DNA of 64,000 bases from Granulicella sp. GTDB lineage: Bacteria > Acidobacteriota > Terriglobia > Terriglobales > Acidobacteriaceae. How positions within the stretch are numbered: position 1 is the first letter of the stretch; each line of letters opens with the position of its first letter. The position numbers and the translations under genes were made by a program. The stretch is taken from contig DAHWNL010000030.1 of NCBI GenBank assembly GCA_027339965.1, positions 1 through 64,000 of the forward strand. The letters run 5' to 3'. Positions 1 to 10,532 of the stretch are shown in pieces. Below the pieces are notes generated by a model. That model saw only the letters and a program-made list of their open reading frames with translations, was not told the origin of the DNA and did not search any database.

Positions 1-1
1 G

Positions 2-799
2 GGCAAGTCCTCGTTGGGCCGCCACGATACCCACCATGAAGCGGCCGGCGTGGAGACCAACGGCTCCTCCAAGCCTTATGAGTTTGGCGACAGCCTGAAC
101 CTGGACATCACAGCCACGCTCTCCAGCCTCTTCGCGCGCGAGGGCGGACCCTCCTCCACCGGCGTCATCAATCTGGAGTACTCTGACCTCCATGTCCAGC
201 AGGCTGACTACCAATCCTCCTGCGCCACCGTCGTCCTGCTGGACTGCTCCCACTCCATGATCCTCTACGGCGAAGACCGTTTCACCCCGGCCAAACGCGT
301 AGCCATGGCCCTCTCTCACCTCATCCGCACGCAATATCCCGGCGACTCCGTTGACCTGGTCCTCTTCCATGACTCCGCCGAGCACATTCCCATCGCCCAG
401 CTTCCTCGCGTCAAAGTCGGTCCGCACTACACCAACACCCGCGAAGGCCTGCGGGTGGCGCAGCGTGTGCTCCGCGGCTCTGGCAAAGAGATGCAGCAGA
501 TCGTCATGATCACAGACGGCAAGCCCTCGGCATTGACCCTCGCCGACGGCCGCATCTACAAGAACGCCTTTGGCCTTGACCCCCTGGTCATCTCAGAGAC
601 ACTGGAAGAGGTTAGCCGCTGCAAACGCGCCGGCATCATGATCAACACCTTCATGCTGGCCCGCGACTTTCAACTCGTCCAGTTCGTCCAGCAGATGTCG
701 GCGATGTGCCGCGGCAAGGCCTACTTCACCACCCCCCAAACCTTAGGCAACTATCTCCTCATGGACTTCATGTCCCGCCGTTCCAAACGCGTCAACTAA
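2..799 (+). CDS. VWA domain-containing protein (5'-partial, starts before the window)
   Basis: MIDAS-like motif LLDCSHSM and VMITDGKPS; frame is open to the window edge. Confidence 0.85.
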   Translation, partial: GKSSLGRHDTHHEAAGVETNGSSKPYEFGDSLNLDITATLSSLFAREGGPSSTGVINLEYSDLHVQQADYQSSCATVVLLDCSHSMILYGEDRFTPAKRVAMALSHLIRTQYPGDSVDLVLFHDSAEHIPIAQLPRVKVGPHYTNTREGLRVAQRVLRGSGKEMQQIVMITDGKPSALTLADGRIYKNAFGLDPLVISETLEEVSRCKRAGIMINTFMLARDFQLVQFVQQMSAMCRGKAYFTTPQTLGNYLLMDFMSRRSKRVN

Positions 800-810
800 T
801 AAACGGGGAG

Positions 811-838
811 TCGACGTGAAATCGATGTGAAATCGATG
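811..838. repeat. 11-bp tandem repeat (TCGAYGTGAAA, ~2.5 copies)
   Basis: tcgacgtgaaa tcgatgtgaaa tcgatg read directly. Confidence 0.8.
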
Positions 839-928
839 CGGACGCCAACTCCAGGCCCCCCACTCCTCTCTCCATCTTCAGCCGAGCCCTCCCCGCTCCG
901 CATCCATCCGCTGGCAACCGTATCGCGC

Positions 929-1534
929 CTAGCCTTGCCGCTCTCGCCACACCCGATACACTCCCCACGCGGCTGCGGTACAGTTATCCATCACCCGTCC
1001 ATCCAGGAGCATGGCTTCAAACTCATGTACCCCAACCCGATGCACCGTCATATCATGCTCCTCAGGGTCGCGTTCCGTCTCGCCTTGGCTCAATTCCTCG
1101 GCAAGAAAGACATGATGAATCTGCCGCATCGCTCCATAGGCGATCCAAAGATCCGTCAGCCGCGTCATTCGCTGGGCGCGCAATCCGGTCTCTTCGGCCA
1201 GTTCTCCCCGCGCTAGCTCCAGTGGATCAACCTCCGCAATCTCCCAGCTTCCCTGGGGAAGCTCGTAGAAGCTGGCTCCAACGGTGTAGCGATACTGATG
1301 CACCAGCCATACAAAGTCCCCCTCCGTGGTGCGTTCAAGAGGAATGATGATGACCGCCGGCTCCTTCTCCATGACCCCGTAGATCCCAAATCCGCCAGAC
1401 TCCTTCGAGCATAACTTGCGCTCGATGACGTCTTCTCGCACCCGGCACCACGGGTTTCGATACACTTCACGCGTGCTGACGGTCCGAATCGGCTTCTCCT
1501 TGCCGGCCAAATTTGGAAGGAAATCATTCGCCAC
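929..1534 (-). CDS. NUDIX hydrolase (ADP-ribose pyrophosphatase-like)
   Basis: Nudix box ELPQGSW...ARGELAEETG and QYRY motif. Confidence 0.9.
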   Translation of the reverse strand: MANDFLPNLAGKEKPIRTVSTREVYRNPWCRVREDVIERKLCSKESGGFGIYGVMEKEPAVIIIPLERTTEGDFVWLVHQYRYTVGASFYELPQGSWEIAEVDPLELARGELAEETGLRAQRMTRLTDLWIAYGAMRQIHHVFLAEELSQGETERDPEEHDMTVHRVGVHEFEAMLLDGRVMDNCTAAAWGVYRVWRERQG

Positions 1535-1671
1535 GCTCTGCCCTCACGCCACCATCTTATCCTGCCGCCAGCCTCAGCCCGAGCCTGCATCTCATCTCCT
1601 GTATCCCGTCACTCTCCGCGCGCTTTCGTCCTTTACCATCTGTACAGAGGTTAAAAGGAGCCACATCCCGC

Positions 1672-3717
1672 ATGAAACCAGCCGAAGGCCGCAGGAGAGT
1701 TGTCATCGAGGAGGTTCAGCCCAGCGTAGACAACGGACGTTACTCCGTGAAAGGAATCCTGGGGGAAGAGATCACCGTTACAGCAGCCATCTTCGCTGAC
1801 GGCCACGATCACGTTGCCGCGCGACTCCTCTATCGCCACCAGACCCAGCGCCGTTGGAGGTCGACGCCGTTTGTCGAACTCGGCAATGATCTCTGGTCGG
1901 CTACCTTCTCCGCCTCCGATCCCGAGGATGCCGCGCGCATCGGCCCGTGGCGCTTCACCATTGAAGCCTGGGTCGATCACTTCGACACCTGGCTCCACGA
2001 TCTTGCCAAGCGCCTGGCGGCGCAGTCTGACTCCGCCCAGGAGATCCCATTGGCGTTTCGCATCGGCGCTGACCTACTGGATGCAACCGCGGCGCGCTGC
2101 AGGGCCAAATCTGCTGACGCCAAGCAGATCCATGCTGCGGCCACGGCGCTTCGCTCTCTGGCCGACCAGAATCTCTCGTTCTATCCCGATCCCGTTACCC
2201 CGGAGGGAGTTCTCAACCCCGCCGTCCTTGCGCGGGTCCGCAGCTACCCCGACCTGAACTTCGCCACTCGTCACCCCGTCGAGTTTCCCCTCTGGATCGA
2301 CCGTGAGCGAGCCGGCTTCTCCACCTGGTACGAACTCTTCCCTCGCTCCTGCTCGCCCATCCCTCACCAGCATGGAACGCTGCGCGATGTGGCCGCACTG
2401 GTTCCAGAGATTGCCGCGATGGGCTTTGATGTGCTCTATCTGCCGCCCGTCCATCCCATCGGGATGGCCTTCCGCAAGGGACGCAACAACTCCACGACGC
2501 CGGAGTCCGGGGACGTCGGTAGCCCGTGGGCCATTGGGAACAGGCACCTGGGCGCTGCGGGCGGAGGCCACACCGATATTCATCCCGGCTTGGGCTCGTT
2601 TTCCGACTTCGACCACCTGGTGCATAAGGCGCTGGAGCACAACATGGAGCTGGCGCTCGACATCGCCTTTCAGTGCAGCCCCGACCACCCCTGGGTCGAG
2701 CAGCATCCGGCCTGGTTCAAGCACCGTCCTGACGGCAGCATTCAATACGCGGAGAATCCTCCCAAGAAGTATCAGGACATCTACCCGCTGGACTTCGAAT
2801 CCACGGACTGGCGCGGGCTTTGGGATGCGCTTTGCGGCGTCTTCCTGTTCTGGGTCGAACGCGGTGTCCGCATCTTCCGAGTGGACAATCCCCACACCAA
2901 AGCGCTGCCTTTCTGGGAGTGGTGTATCGCCAAGATTCACAAATCGGCCCCTGATGTGCTGTTTTTGTCGGAAGCCTTCACCCGCCCCCATCTCATGTAC
3001 TCGCTAGCCAAAGGCGGCTTCACGCAGTCGTATACCTACTTCACCTGGCGCACCACCAAACAAGAGATTCAGAGCTACTTGGAAGAGATCTGCTACCCTC
3101 CGGTTTCGACTTTCTTCCGGCCCAACCTTTGGCCAAACACCCCGGACATTCTGCATGCGCAGTTTCAGGTGGAAGATCTCGACCATCGTCGAGCGATCTT
3201 TCGGCAGCGCATCCTTCTGGCCACTACGCTCTCGTCCAACTACGGCATCTACGGTCCCGCCTATGAGCTGCTGGAAGGCCGACCTGCGAAGCCTGCCCCG
3301 GGAAGAACATCCAGCGAGGAATATCTGGACAGCGAGAAGTATCAGATTCGCGCTTGGAACCGCTCCGCGTCCCACTCCATCGCCCCATTTATCGCGGAAC
3401 TCAACCAGATCCGGCGCGCCAACCCGGCTCTGCAACACAATTCGGCGCTAAACTTCCACAGCATCCCCAACGACCAACTCCTGGCGTACTCGAAGTCCTT
3501 TGCCGGAAACACCATCCTGGTCGTTGTCAACCTTGACCCCCTGCACGAGCAAAGCGGCGTTCTGGACCTGAACATGCCTGCCCTGAACCTTCCCTGGCGG
3601 TGCAGCTTTGATGTCCAGGACCTGCTCACCGGGGCTGTCTATCACTGGCGGGACCAGTGGAACTATGTGGCACTGACGCCGGCAGCCACCGCGCATATTC
3701 TTCGGATCATTGCGTAA
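1672..3717 (+). CDS. glgE: alpha-1,4-glucan:maltose-1-phosphate maltosyltransferase
   Basis: WYELFPRS, YAENPPKKYQDIYP, FRVDNPHTK, SEAFTRP, PNTPDILH motifs; AAGGAG RBS before ATG 1672. Confidence 0.95.
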   Translation: MKPAEGRRRVVIEEVQPSVDNGRYSVKGILGEEITVTAAIFADGHDHVAARLLYRHQTQRRWRSTPFVELGNDLWSATFSASDPEDAARIGPWRFTIEAWVDHFDTWLHDLAKRLAAQSDSAQEIPLAFRIGADLLDATAARCRAKSADAKQIHAAATALRSLADQNLSFYPDPVTPEGVLNPAVLARVRSYPDLNFATRHPVEFPLWIDRERAGFSTWYELFPRSCSPIPHQHGTLRDVAALVPEIAAMGFDVLYLPPVHPIGMAFRKGRNNSTTPESGDVGSPWAIGNRHLGAAGGGHTDIHPGLGSFSDFDHLVHKALEHNMELALDIAFQCSPDHPWVEQHPAWFKHRPDGSIQYAENPPKKYQDIYPLDFESTDWRGLWDALCGVFLFWVERGVRIFRVDNPHTKALPFWEWCIAKIHKSAPDVLFLSEAFTRPHLMYSLAKGGFTQSYTYFTWRTTKQEIQSYLEEICYPPVSTFFRPNLWPNTPDILHAQFQVEDLDHRRAIFRQRILLATTLSSNYGIYGPAYELLEGRPAKPAPGRTSSEEYLDSEKYQIRAWNRSASHSIAPFIAELNQIRRANPALQHNSALNFHSIPNDQLLAYSKSFAGNTILVVVNLDPLHEQSGVLDLNMPALNLPWRCSFDVQDLLTGAVYHWRDQWNYVALTPAATAHILRIIA

Positions 3718-4274
3718 CCGTCGGTGGATGGACGCGAATCAGGCGCCTGAATCGCAGTCGCCAAGAGGGTCCGGGTCGCCGCCTCTGCCGCCAATGGATC
3801 AAGCCACACCCGGAAGACGGCCCCCACCATTTGAACTCCGCGGACGATCGCCCTCCAGGATGGCAAACACCATTCTCCCCGCAGAGCACGGCTGTTGTGG
3901 CTCTCCCGGGCCATGGCTTTCTGAGCTGCACAAAGGGCCAGCATTGCCCTCAGATCCGGCAACTGAAGCGTCTTCTATGCTTTTCATGTCTGTGAATGGG
4001 TTGGGCAGAAGCAGCCTGGCTTTCGCGCTTTTACCGAAAGAAACGCCTGTAGATGTTGGTTCATCGGACCACCCCTAGACCGAAAGGCTACGCACTCGCG
4101 ATACCTTGGCTCGGGCGGCAGATCGCACTCAGATGCTACTTCTGAGCGCGACGCGATATCTTTATTCCGCGCAGAAGATGGGAAACTGCCCTGCGATGTG
4201 GTCTTCCCCCCTGCTCCAGGGTGGATGGTTCGGACGCGTCCTTGCAGGGCTACGCGCAAGATAGGAGCTTTTTC

Positions 4275-6020
4275 ATGGATCGCAGAGCCTCACAACTCGC
4301 ACACGCGCTTTTTCTCATGACCTTGGCGCTGCTTCTTGCGACGAGCGCATTGGGGCAGACCCAACCGGCGGAGCCGGCCCGGAAGCAGGTCACACCCTGG
4401 TGGCAGCACGCGATCGTGTATGAGATCTATCCGCGCAGTTTTCAGGATTCGAATGGAGACGGGGTTTGAGACATTCCCGGAATGATCCAGAGGTTGGGAT
4501 ATCTACAGCAACTGGGCGTGAACGCCATCTGGCTGACGCCGATCTATCCGTCGCCCCAGAAAGACTTCGGCTATGACATCTCCAACTATGAGGCAATTGA
4601 TCCGATGTATGGACAATGGCTGATTTTGACCGCCTTCTGGCAGCCGCCAAGGCTCATCACATCCGGGTGTTGATGGATATGGTGATGAATCATGCCTCCG
4701 ATCAGTCAGCATGGTTCAAGGAGAGCCGCAGTTCTCGCAACAACCCGAAACGCGACTGGTATATCTGGCGTGACGGAAAGGGCCCGGGAATCCCACCCAA
4801 CAACTGGGAGAGTGAATTTGGAGGCTCGGCGTGGACCTACGATCCGGAGACCAAACAAGTGGTATTACCACGCTTTCCTGGCGGCACAACCGGATCTGAA
4901 CGGGCGCAATCCAGAGGTGCAAAAGGCCATGTTCGATGTTTGCCGCTTCTTGTTGAACAAAGGAGTCGCCGGCTTCCGCTTGGACGCTGTTCCCAATCTG
5001 TTTGAAGACCCGGAGTTGCGGGATGAGCAGGTGCTTCCTGGCAAGAATGCCTATGGCGATCCCAATCTGGATCCGGACCGCACCGAGGATCTTCCGGAGG
5101 TCCATGACGTGATGCGATCGCTGCGCAAACTGGTCGACAGCTATCCGGGTGATCGTGTGCTGATCGGCGAGACTTATCTTCCCAACATCAAAGATCAGCT
5201 CGCCTGGTATGGCGGAGCCCGGCACGATGAGTTGCAGTTGCCCATGGATATGCAGGTGGGCATGATCAATAAACTGGATGCCTCCCTCTTCCGGGAAAAG
5301 ATTGACCAGGCCGAAACCCAGCTCGACGGCCTGATGCCCCTGTTTGTCTTCGATAACCATGACAATCCGCGAAGCTGGAACCGTTATGGAGACGGCGTTC
5401 ATGACCAGGCCATCGCTCGCATCATCGCCACGATTCTGCTGACCACCCGTTCGGCGGATCTGATGTATTACGGAGAAGAGAGTGGCATGAGCACAACACC
5501 TCCCCGCACGCTTGCCGAGGTACACGACCCAGCAGGTATCCGCGGATGGCCCGGCTACAAGGGACGTGATGGGGAGAGAACTCCCATGCAGTGGAACAGC
5601 GGAAAAGATGCAGGGTTCAGCACAGAGGCCACCACCTGGCTCCCCATACCAGCCAGCTATCGACAAGTGAATGTCACCGTGGAGTCTGCCCAATCTGGCT
5701 CGCTGCTGAACTGGTACAAGCATCTGATCGCCATGCGCAGTCAGAACCCTGCTCTCGCGCGCGGGGCCAACATCATGGTGGATAAGACCAACCCGAATGC
5801 TCTGTCCTATCTGCGCCGGCTACCCGGCCAGGCCAGCGCTGTGCTGGTGGCCATCAACCTCACGGATCAGCCCCGAACAGTCTCTTATCACCTGAGGGAC
5901 AACGGCATTAAGGCGTCGACGGCCCATGCGCTGCTTGAGGATCAGGGCGTGAGTGAGGTCGTCAACCTGCGCCACCTCGTGCTGCCACCCGTTGCAGTAT
6001 TCGTTGGGGAGACTCAATAG
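4275..6020 (+). pseudogene. GH13 alpha-glucosidase/oligo-1,6-glucosidase with signal peptide, disrupted
   Basis: YEIYPRSFQDSNGDGV then in-frame TGA at 4467-4469; frameshifts near 4613 and 4858 join the GYDISNY, DMVMNH, GFRLDAV, LIGET and NHD motifs lying in different frames. Confidence 0.9.
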
Positions 6021-6371
6021 CATGGTTACCGCAGAGAGACCATGGCTTCCGGAGTCACCTACGCGAGAATGCACCTGAGCCGCTATCGTCTGTTCCATGC
6101 GTCCGTCCACCGAGAAGATCAATCAGACTACGGCAGAGCATGGCTGAAGAACTCGCAGGAGCGAATCGGGCGTTGCCCCGTTCTGGCCGCCACAGCATGA
6201 TCCAAGTTCCTGTTCTTTGCCCAGACAAATCATCTTAAGGTCAATATCGGCCGATGAAAGCAACATTTCGGGAAGGCGGAGAGAACATTATAAGAACCTA
6301 ATAATTCTTGCTGAGTTTGGGTGTTTGCAGTGGCGCTTGCACTCCAGCTCAATCGGCAAGCCGTCAAGAAC

Positions 6372-6423
6372 TCCGGGATCTGGATCCGGGATCTGGATCC
6401 GGGACCTGGATCCGGGATCTGGA
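6372..6423. repeat. 13-bp tandem repeat TCCGGGAYCTGGA x4
   Basis: Four consecutive units with one mismatch, read directly. Confidence 0.9.
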
Positions 6424-6566
6424 AGAGCCCCCACTAAGATTGAGGCGAAGATAGACGCCGGCTCAACAGAGGCTGTCTCTTTCAGCTGTTTTGCACGGAA
6501 CAGACTGAGCAGCACTGTGACTTCATCGACGGCAGCAAGCCTAGCAGAACGGAACGAGACGCGATG

Positions 6567-7478
6567 CTAACAGTCACACGGGGTGCTGAGGGAACGCCGA
6601 GGAGCAGCTAACTGGGCCGGGATTCTCTCCGCCACTCGAAGCCGGGAGCGCAGCCGCTGCACCGCTGAGGAGTGGATCTGGGAGACGCGCGATTCCACCA
6701 CACCCAGGGCCACACCGATCTCCTTCATGGTGAGTTCCTCGAAGTAGTAGAGCGTGAGCACCATACGCTCCTTTTCAGAAAGCTCTTCAATGGCGTCGAT
6801 CAGCCGCTGGCGTATCTCCCCCTGCAGGCAACAAAACAGTGGATCATCCTGAGGCGAAGCGGGAATGCTCCCGAGTTGATCTTCGCCGGAGTCCTCGTTG
6901 TTCTCCAGGTTAAGACTGCCTATCTCCAGGCCCTTCAATTGCCCGATCAAACGCTGATACTCCTTTAGATCAAGGTTCATCTCCCTTGCGATCTCTGGCT
7001 CGGTCGGAACCCTCTGCAGGCTGCGCGTCAGAGCCAGAATGGCGTCCTGCATGAGGCGCCCCTTGCGGCGAAGCTCGCGCGGGCTCCAATCCAGCACCCG
7101 CAAAGAGTCCAGAATGGCGCCACGAATGCGAAACTGCGCATAACTCTTGAACTGCACCTGTTTGCGATGGTCAAATTTGTTGAATGCGTCGATCAGCCCG
7201 ACGACTCCAGCCGAGATCAGGTCGTCCAACTCCACGTGGTCCGGAAGCCGCTCATGGATGCGATGCGCAATGGATCGCACCGTAGGAAGGTGATCGAGCA
7301 AAACACGCTCACGGTCTTCAGCTTTCTTCTTGAAAGCGGAAGAGCTGGCGGCCCAGAGGTCAAAGCGTTGCGGAGAATCCGGGAGGTTCGTGTCTGCAAG
7401 GTCAGAGTTTGCAAAGGGTGGGATAGTAAATTGTGAGCTTGCAAATTGGATCGAATCGTTGCTGCTGTCCATGGCCAT
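6567..7478 (-). CDS. fliA: FliA/WhiG-family (sigma28) RNA polymerase sigma factor
   Basis: DDLISAGVVGLIDA, YAQFRIRGAILDSLR, DWSPR, LYYFEELTMKEIG..LGVVESRVSQIH; start placed at ATG 7478 after GAGGGG. Confidence 0.93.
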   Translation of the reverse strand: MAMDSSNDSIQFASSQFTIPPFANSDLADTNLPDSPQRFDLWAASSSAFKKKAEDRERVLLDHLPTVRSIAHRIHERLPDHVELDDLISAGVVGLIDAFNKFDHRKQVQFKSYAQFRIRGAILDSLRVLDWSPRELRRKGRLMQDAILALTRSLQRVPTEPEIAREMNLDLKEYQRLIGQLKGLEIGSLNLENNEDSGEDQLGSIPASPQDDPLFCCLQGEIRQRLIDAIEELSEKERMVLTLYYFEELTMKEIGVALGVVESRVSQIHSSAVQRLRSRLRVAERIPAQLAAPRRSLSTPCDC

Positions 7479-7608
7479 AACCCCTCGTCTCTCCTGCTCC
7501 GATCGCTCTTTGTTGGCATCGGTGAGATCGTTAGAGGCACGGCAACAACCAAACTTTAGTGTGCTTTTCTTAGAGAGTTCTAGGCTTTTTATCGACTGCG
7601 ATCGGCAG

Positions 7609-7624
7609 GCATGGATGTTGCCAA
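7609..7624 (-). promoter_or_regulatory. Putative sigma54 (-24/-12) promoter upstream of fliA
   Basis: Minus strand TTGGCAACATCCATGC fits GG-N10-GC with TGGCA core; lies next to a sigma54 activator gene. Confidence 0.6.
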
Positions 7625-7791
7625 CGATATGCATTCAAAGCTCGCGGAACCGCTCTTCTCGTCCGCGGGAAAAGAGAAAGATGAGTCTCTCCTGTTCGTT
7701 GCCGGGCGCGCTCCTGAAGATGAAAGGCCTGTAGCTCTCCGGTGACAGGAGTCTGCCCTGTCCAAGCGCTACCGAGCCGCCTCCTCCGGAA

Positions 7792-7818
7792 TCTCCAGCA
7801 AGGAGTCTCCAGCAAGGA
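7792..7818. repeat. 14-bp direct repeat TCTCCAGCAAGGA(G) x2
   Basis: Read directly; about 170 bp upstream of the putative sigma54 promoter. Confidence 0.7.
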
Positions 7819-8010
7819 AGCTTGCCCTCGGCCTGGGACGGAGAACAGCGTCTGCGGCAAGGATCCGCAGCGTGCAGCCTGCGCCGCGATCCGCCGCTTC
7901 GCAGCCTTGCGAAGCGACACAAAAACCTCAATGAGCGTCCTTGAAGCGGTCTCTGCAAGACGCCACGCAGGGGCCATGCAGGATCCAAAACAGAGTGGTT
8001 AGAAGGGTCA

Positions 8011-9384
8011 TCAGGATTTGCGGGTGCGGCGCAGGCGAATCTCCTCCGCGCCGATGACAGGCAGATCCTCAGCGAGAATGGAAGCCCGTTCCAGCACGTG
8101 AGCCAGTTCGCGCACGTTGCCCGGCCAGTCATGCAGACAAAGCTTTTCTAGCGCTGCCGCAGAGAGCGTCTTGCGCGGCGAGTTCCTGCCCAGCAGAGCG
8201 AGAAAGTGCTCGCTCAGTTCAGGAATATCCACCATGCGGTCTCGCAAAGCAGGAACATCAATGGGGAAAACGGCCAGACGATGATAGAGATCGAGCCGGA
8301 AGCTACCCTCCTCGGCCAGTTTCTCCAGGGGCCTGTGGGTGGAGGCGATCACTCTTACGTCAACATTGACCAAGTCGTTTTCACCCACACGCTGCAGCTC
8401 GCCGCTCTCCAGAAAGCGCAACATCTTGGCCTGAAGGCCAAGCGGCATCTCCCCGATCTCATCCAGGAGGAGTGTGCCGCCATGGGCGGCCTCGATACGT
8501 CCCGTTCGAGACTGAACGGCGCCGGTGAAGGCTCCGCGAGCGTGACCAAAGAGCTCCGCCTCCAGCAATGCTTCCGGGATGGCAGCACAGTTCAATACGA
8601 CGAAGGGCTTGCTGAAGCGATTGCTCAAAGCATGCACGGCGCGAGCTACCACCTCCTTGCCTGTCCCGGTCTCTCCCTCTATCAAGACCGTGGCCGAGCG
8701 GGGCGCCACCAGCCGAATGGTGCGCGCCAGCTCTAGCATCTCGGGAGATCTGCCCACGAGGCCGGGGATGGGCGCTACCGCGCCAGGCGCCAAAGGAGGG
8801 AGAGTCAGCACACGAGACGGACCAGCTCCCGAGGCACTCTGCCACGAAGTGGGCCTGCCGGGGCTCGGCTCCGTCGCATCCGTGGCTGCCGATTCCACCT
8901 CTCGGGAGCGCGGCCTTCTCACCAGCGCCGGCGCCTGAAAGGGCTTCACGGGATCCTCTGCGCGTGAGGCTCGCCACCTCGCAGCCGCCACCTCCGCGAC
9001 CCAGCCAGACGCATCCGAAGACGGGCTTCCCTCACGGAGAAGCGATCCTTGCGCCTCCCGCAACGCATGCAGAAGCTCGTGACGGCGGGGGCCCTTGACA
9101 TCGCCCTCCAGCATCTCTCCGTCTATCCGGAGCACCTCCATCGCCGGATACAACGCACCAATCTGTTCGGCCAGCTCCACCACCTCAAGATCGGGCAGCC
9201 AATGATCCAGTAGCAGCGATCCGCAGGGCTGGCGATCCAGCAACTCCATGGCCTCCGCGCCTCCACGAGCCTCGCGTACCACCCAGCGCAACCCGCTCAA
9301 GCTGGCGTGCAGCTGCCGGCGTAAAGAGGCGTCCGCACTTACTAAAACTATCGACTTGTCCAGATCCATGTTCCCCAAAGTCAT
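8011..9384 (-). CDS. sigma54-dependent activator (degenerate receiver + AAA+), no C-terminal HTH
   Basis: Walker A GETGTGKE, ELFGHARGAFTGA, LLLDEIGEM, FRLDLYHRL, WPGNVREL; protein ends about 30 aa after WPGNVREL. Confidence 0.92.
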   Translation of the reverse strand: MTLGNMDLDKSIVLVSADASLRRQLHASLSGLRWVVREARGGAEAMELLDRQPCGSLLLDHWLPDLEVVELAEQIGALYPAMEVLRIDGEMLEGDVKGPRRHELLHALREAQGSLLREGSPSSDASGWVAEVAAARWRASRAEDPVKPFQAPALVRRPRSREVESAATDATEPSPGRPTSWQSASGAGPSRVLTLPPLAPGAVAPIPGLVGRSPEMLELARTIRLVAPRSATVLIEGETGTGKEVVARAVHALSNRFSKPFVVLNCAAIPEALLEAELFGHARGAFTGAVQSRTGRIEAAHGGTLLLDEIGEMPLGLQAKMLRFLESGELQRVGENDLVNVDVRVIASTHRPLEKLAEEGSFRLDLYHRLAVFPIDVPALRDRMVDIPELSEHFLALLGRNSPRKTLSAAALEKLCLHDWPGNVRELAHVLERASILAEDLPVIGAEEIRLRRTRKS

Positions 9385-9406
9385 TCGTACCCTTTCCCGC
9401 CTGCTG

Positions 9407-9703
9407 TCACTGGCTCGCTGCCCGTGTTGCGCTGTCCCTTGCAGCGCTGTGTTGAAACCCTTGGTGATTCTCCTCCTGAGCAAGCCGCGAGCGGATACGT
9501 TCCACCACGGTGAAGATGCGCCGCGTCTGCTGCAAGGCATCCTCGATGACCTCTTCAAAACGGTCGCCTCTCTCAGCAATCCGGCTGATCTCCAACCGGC
9601 ATTGCAGGGCCGTCAAGGGCTGGCAGAGATCATGCAGCTCGGCGCGGAGCGGATTCATCTCCATCTCGGTTTCGCCGCTCGGCGCCGGCAGACCCCTATC
9701 CAT
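9407..9703 (-). CDS. Small stand-alone HisKA/DHp-like phosphoacceptor protein
   Basis: H-box-like LHDLCQPLTALQCRLE followed by a second amphipathic helix; ATG overlaps the stop of the upstream response regulator; no HATPase domain. Confidence 0.7.
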   Translation of the reverse strand: MDRGLPAPSGETEMEMNPLRAELHDLCQPLTALQCRLEISRIAERGDRFEEVIEDALQQTRRIFTVVERIRSRLAQEENHQGFQHSAARDSATRAASQ

Positions 9704-10532
9704 GATGCTCCGCTCCAGCCTCTCTCTGATCGGCAGTTCCGGACTCCAGCCCCGCAGTTTCAGAACGTTCAACGCCGCTTGGGCCCGGTACCGAGGGAGG
9801 CTCCCCTGCCGGCTCGTGGACAGAGCTCTCAGCCCGGGGCAACCGGTGCAGATCCCGCAGTCTGTAGCCCAGACCCCGCACCGTCTCAATAGGAGAGCTC
9901 CACAGTCCCCCTTCCTGATGCGCGGCACTGAGCTTCTTGCGCAGATAGGTAATATAGACATCCACAACATTGGCGCCAGCCTCCGGGGAGTTGTGCCAGA
10001 CGTGCTGCAACAGTTCAGCGCGAGTGCAGCAGGCCCCGCGGCGCAGCATGAGAAACTCCAGTAACGCGAACTCTTTGGTGGTCAGTTCCAAAGCAACCTC
10101 CTGGTAAGAGACGGTCCGCTCCATGCGGTTGAGAAGAATCCCCGCGCAGCGCAGCATCGGATCCGCATGACGCTCGCGGCGGCGCAGCAAGGCGCGGCAA
10201 CGGGCCGTGAGTTCGTGAAAGCTGAATGGCTTGACCAGGTAATCGTCCGCCCCTAAATCCAGACAGCGGATGCGCTGCTGAAGATCCGCGCGACCGGAGA
10301 GGACCAGAATCAAAGAGCCTGGCCAGTCTCGGCGCAGCACCTCCAGAACCTCGCCGCCATCTCGGCGCGGTAACCCCAAATCCAGAACCACCAGATCCGG
10401 AGGAAGCTCGGCGGCCAACTCGAGCGCTGTCTCCCCGTCGCCGCAACGGTCCGCATCATAGCCCTCCAGCATGAGCCCTTTCTGCACAAAGACCGCCAGC
10501 GCGGGGTCGTCTTCCACTACCAGAACACGCAT
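9696..10532 (-). CDS. OmpR/PhoB-family response regulator
   Basis: VVEDD, VVLDLGLP, GADDYLVKPF, LTTKEFALL, NVVDVYITYLRKKL, IETVRGLGY. Confidence 0.93.
   Translation of the reverse strand: MRVLVVEDDPALAVFVQKGLMLEGYDADRCGDGETALELAAELPPDLVVLDLGLPRRDGGEVLEVLRRDWPGSLILVLSGRADLQQRIRCLDLGADDYLVKPFSFHELTARCRALLRRRERHADPMLRCAGILLNRMERTVSYQEVALELTTKEFALLEFLMLRRGACCTRAELLQHVWHNSPEAGANVVDVYITYLRKKLSAAHQEGGLWSSPIETVRGLGYRLRDLHRLPRAESSVHEPAGEPPSVPGPSGVERSETAGLESGTADQREAGAEHHG

Noticed and set aside
3710..4270. Short ORFs and a GAAA-containing hairpin between glgE and the GH13 pseudogene
   Set aside because: Low-complexity translations and no match to the c-di-GMP riboswitch consensus
4467..4469. TGA at a conserved Gly position, suggesting recoding or an alternative genetic code
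   Set aside because: Many intact genes here end in TGA and the same gene has two frameshifts, so a nonsense mutation is simpler
6372..6423. Repeat array as a possible CRISPR
   Set aside because: Units are 13 bp, contiguous, with no spacers and no cas genes
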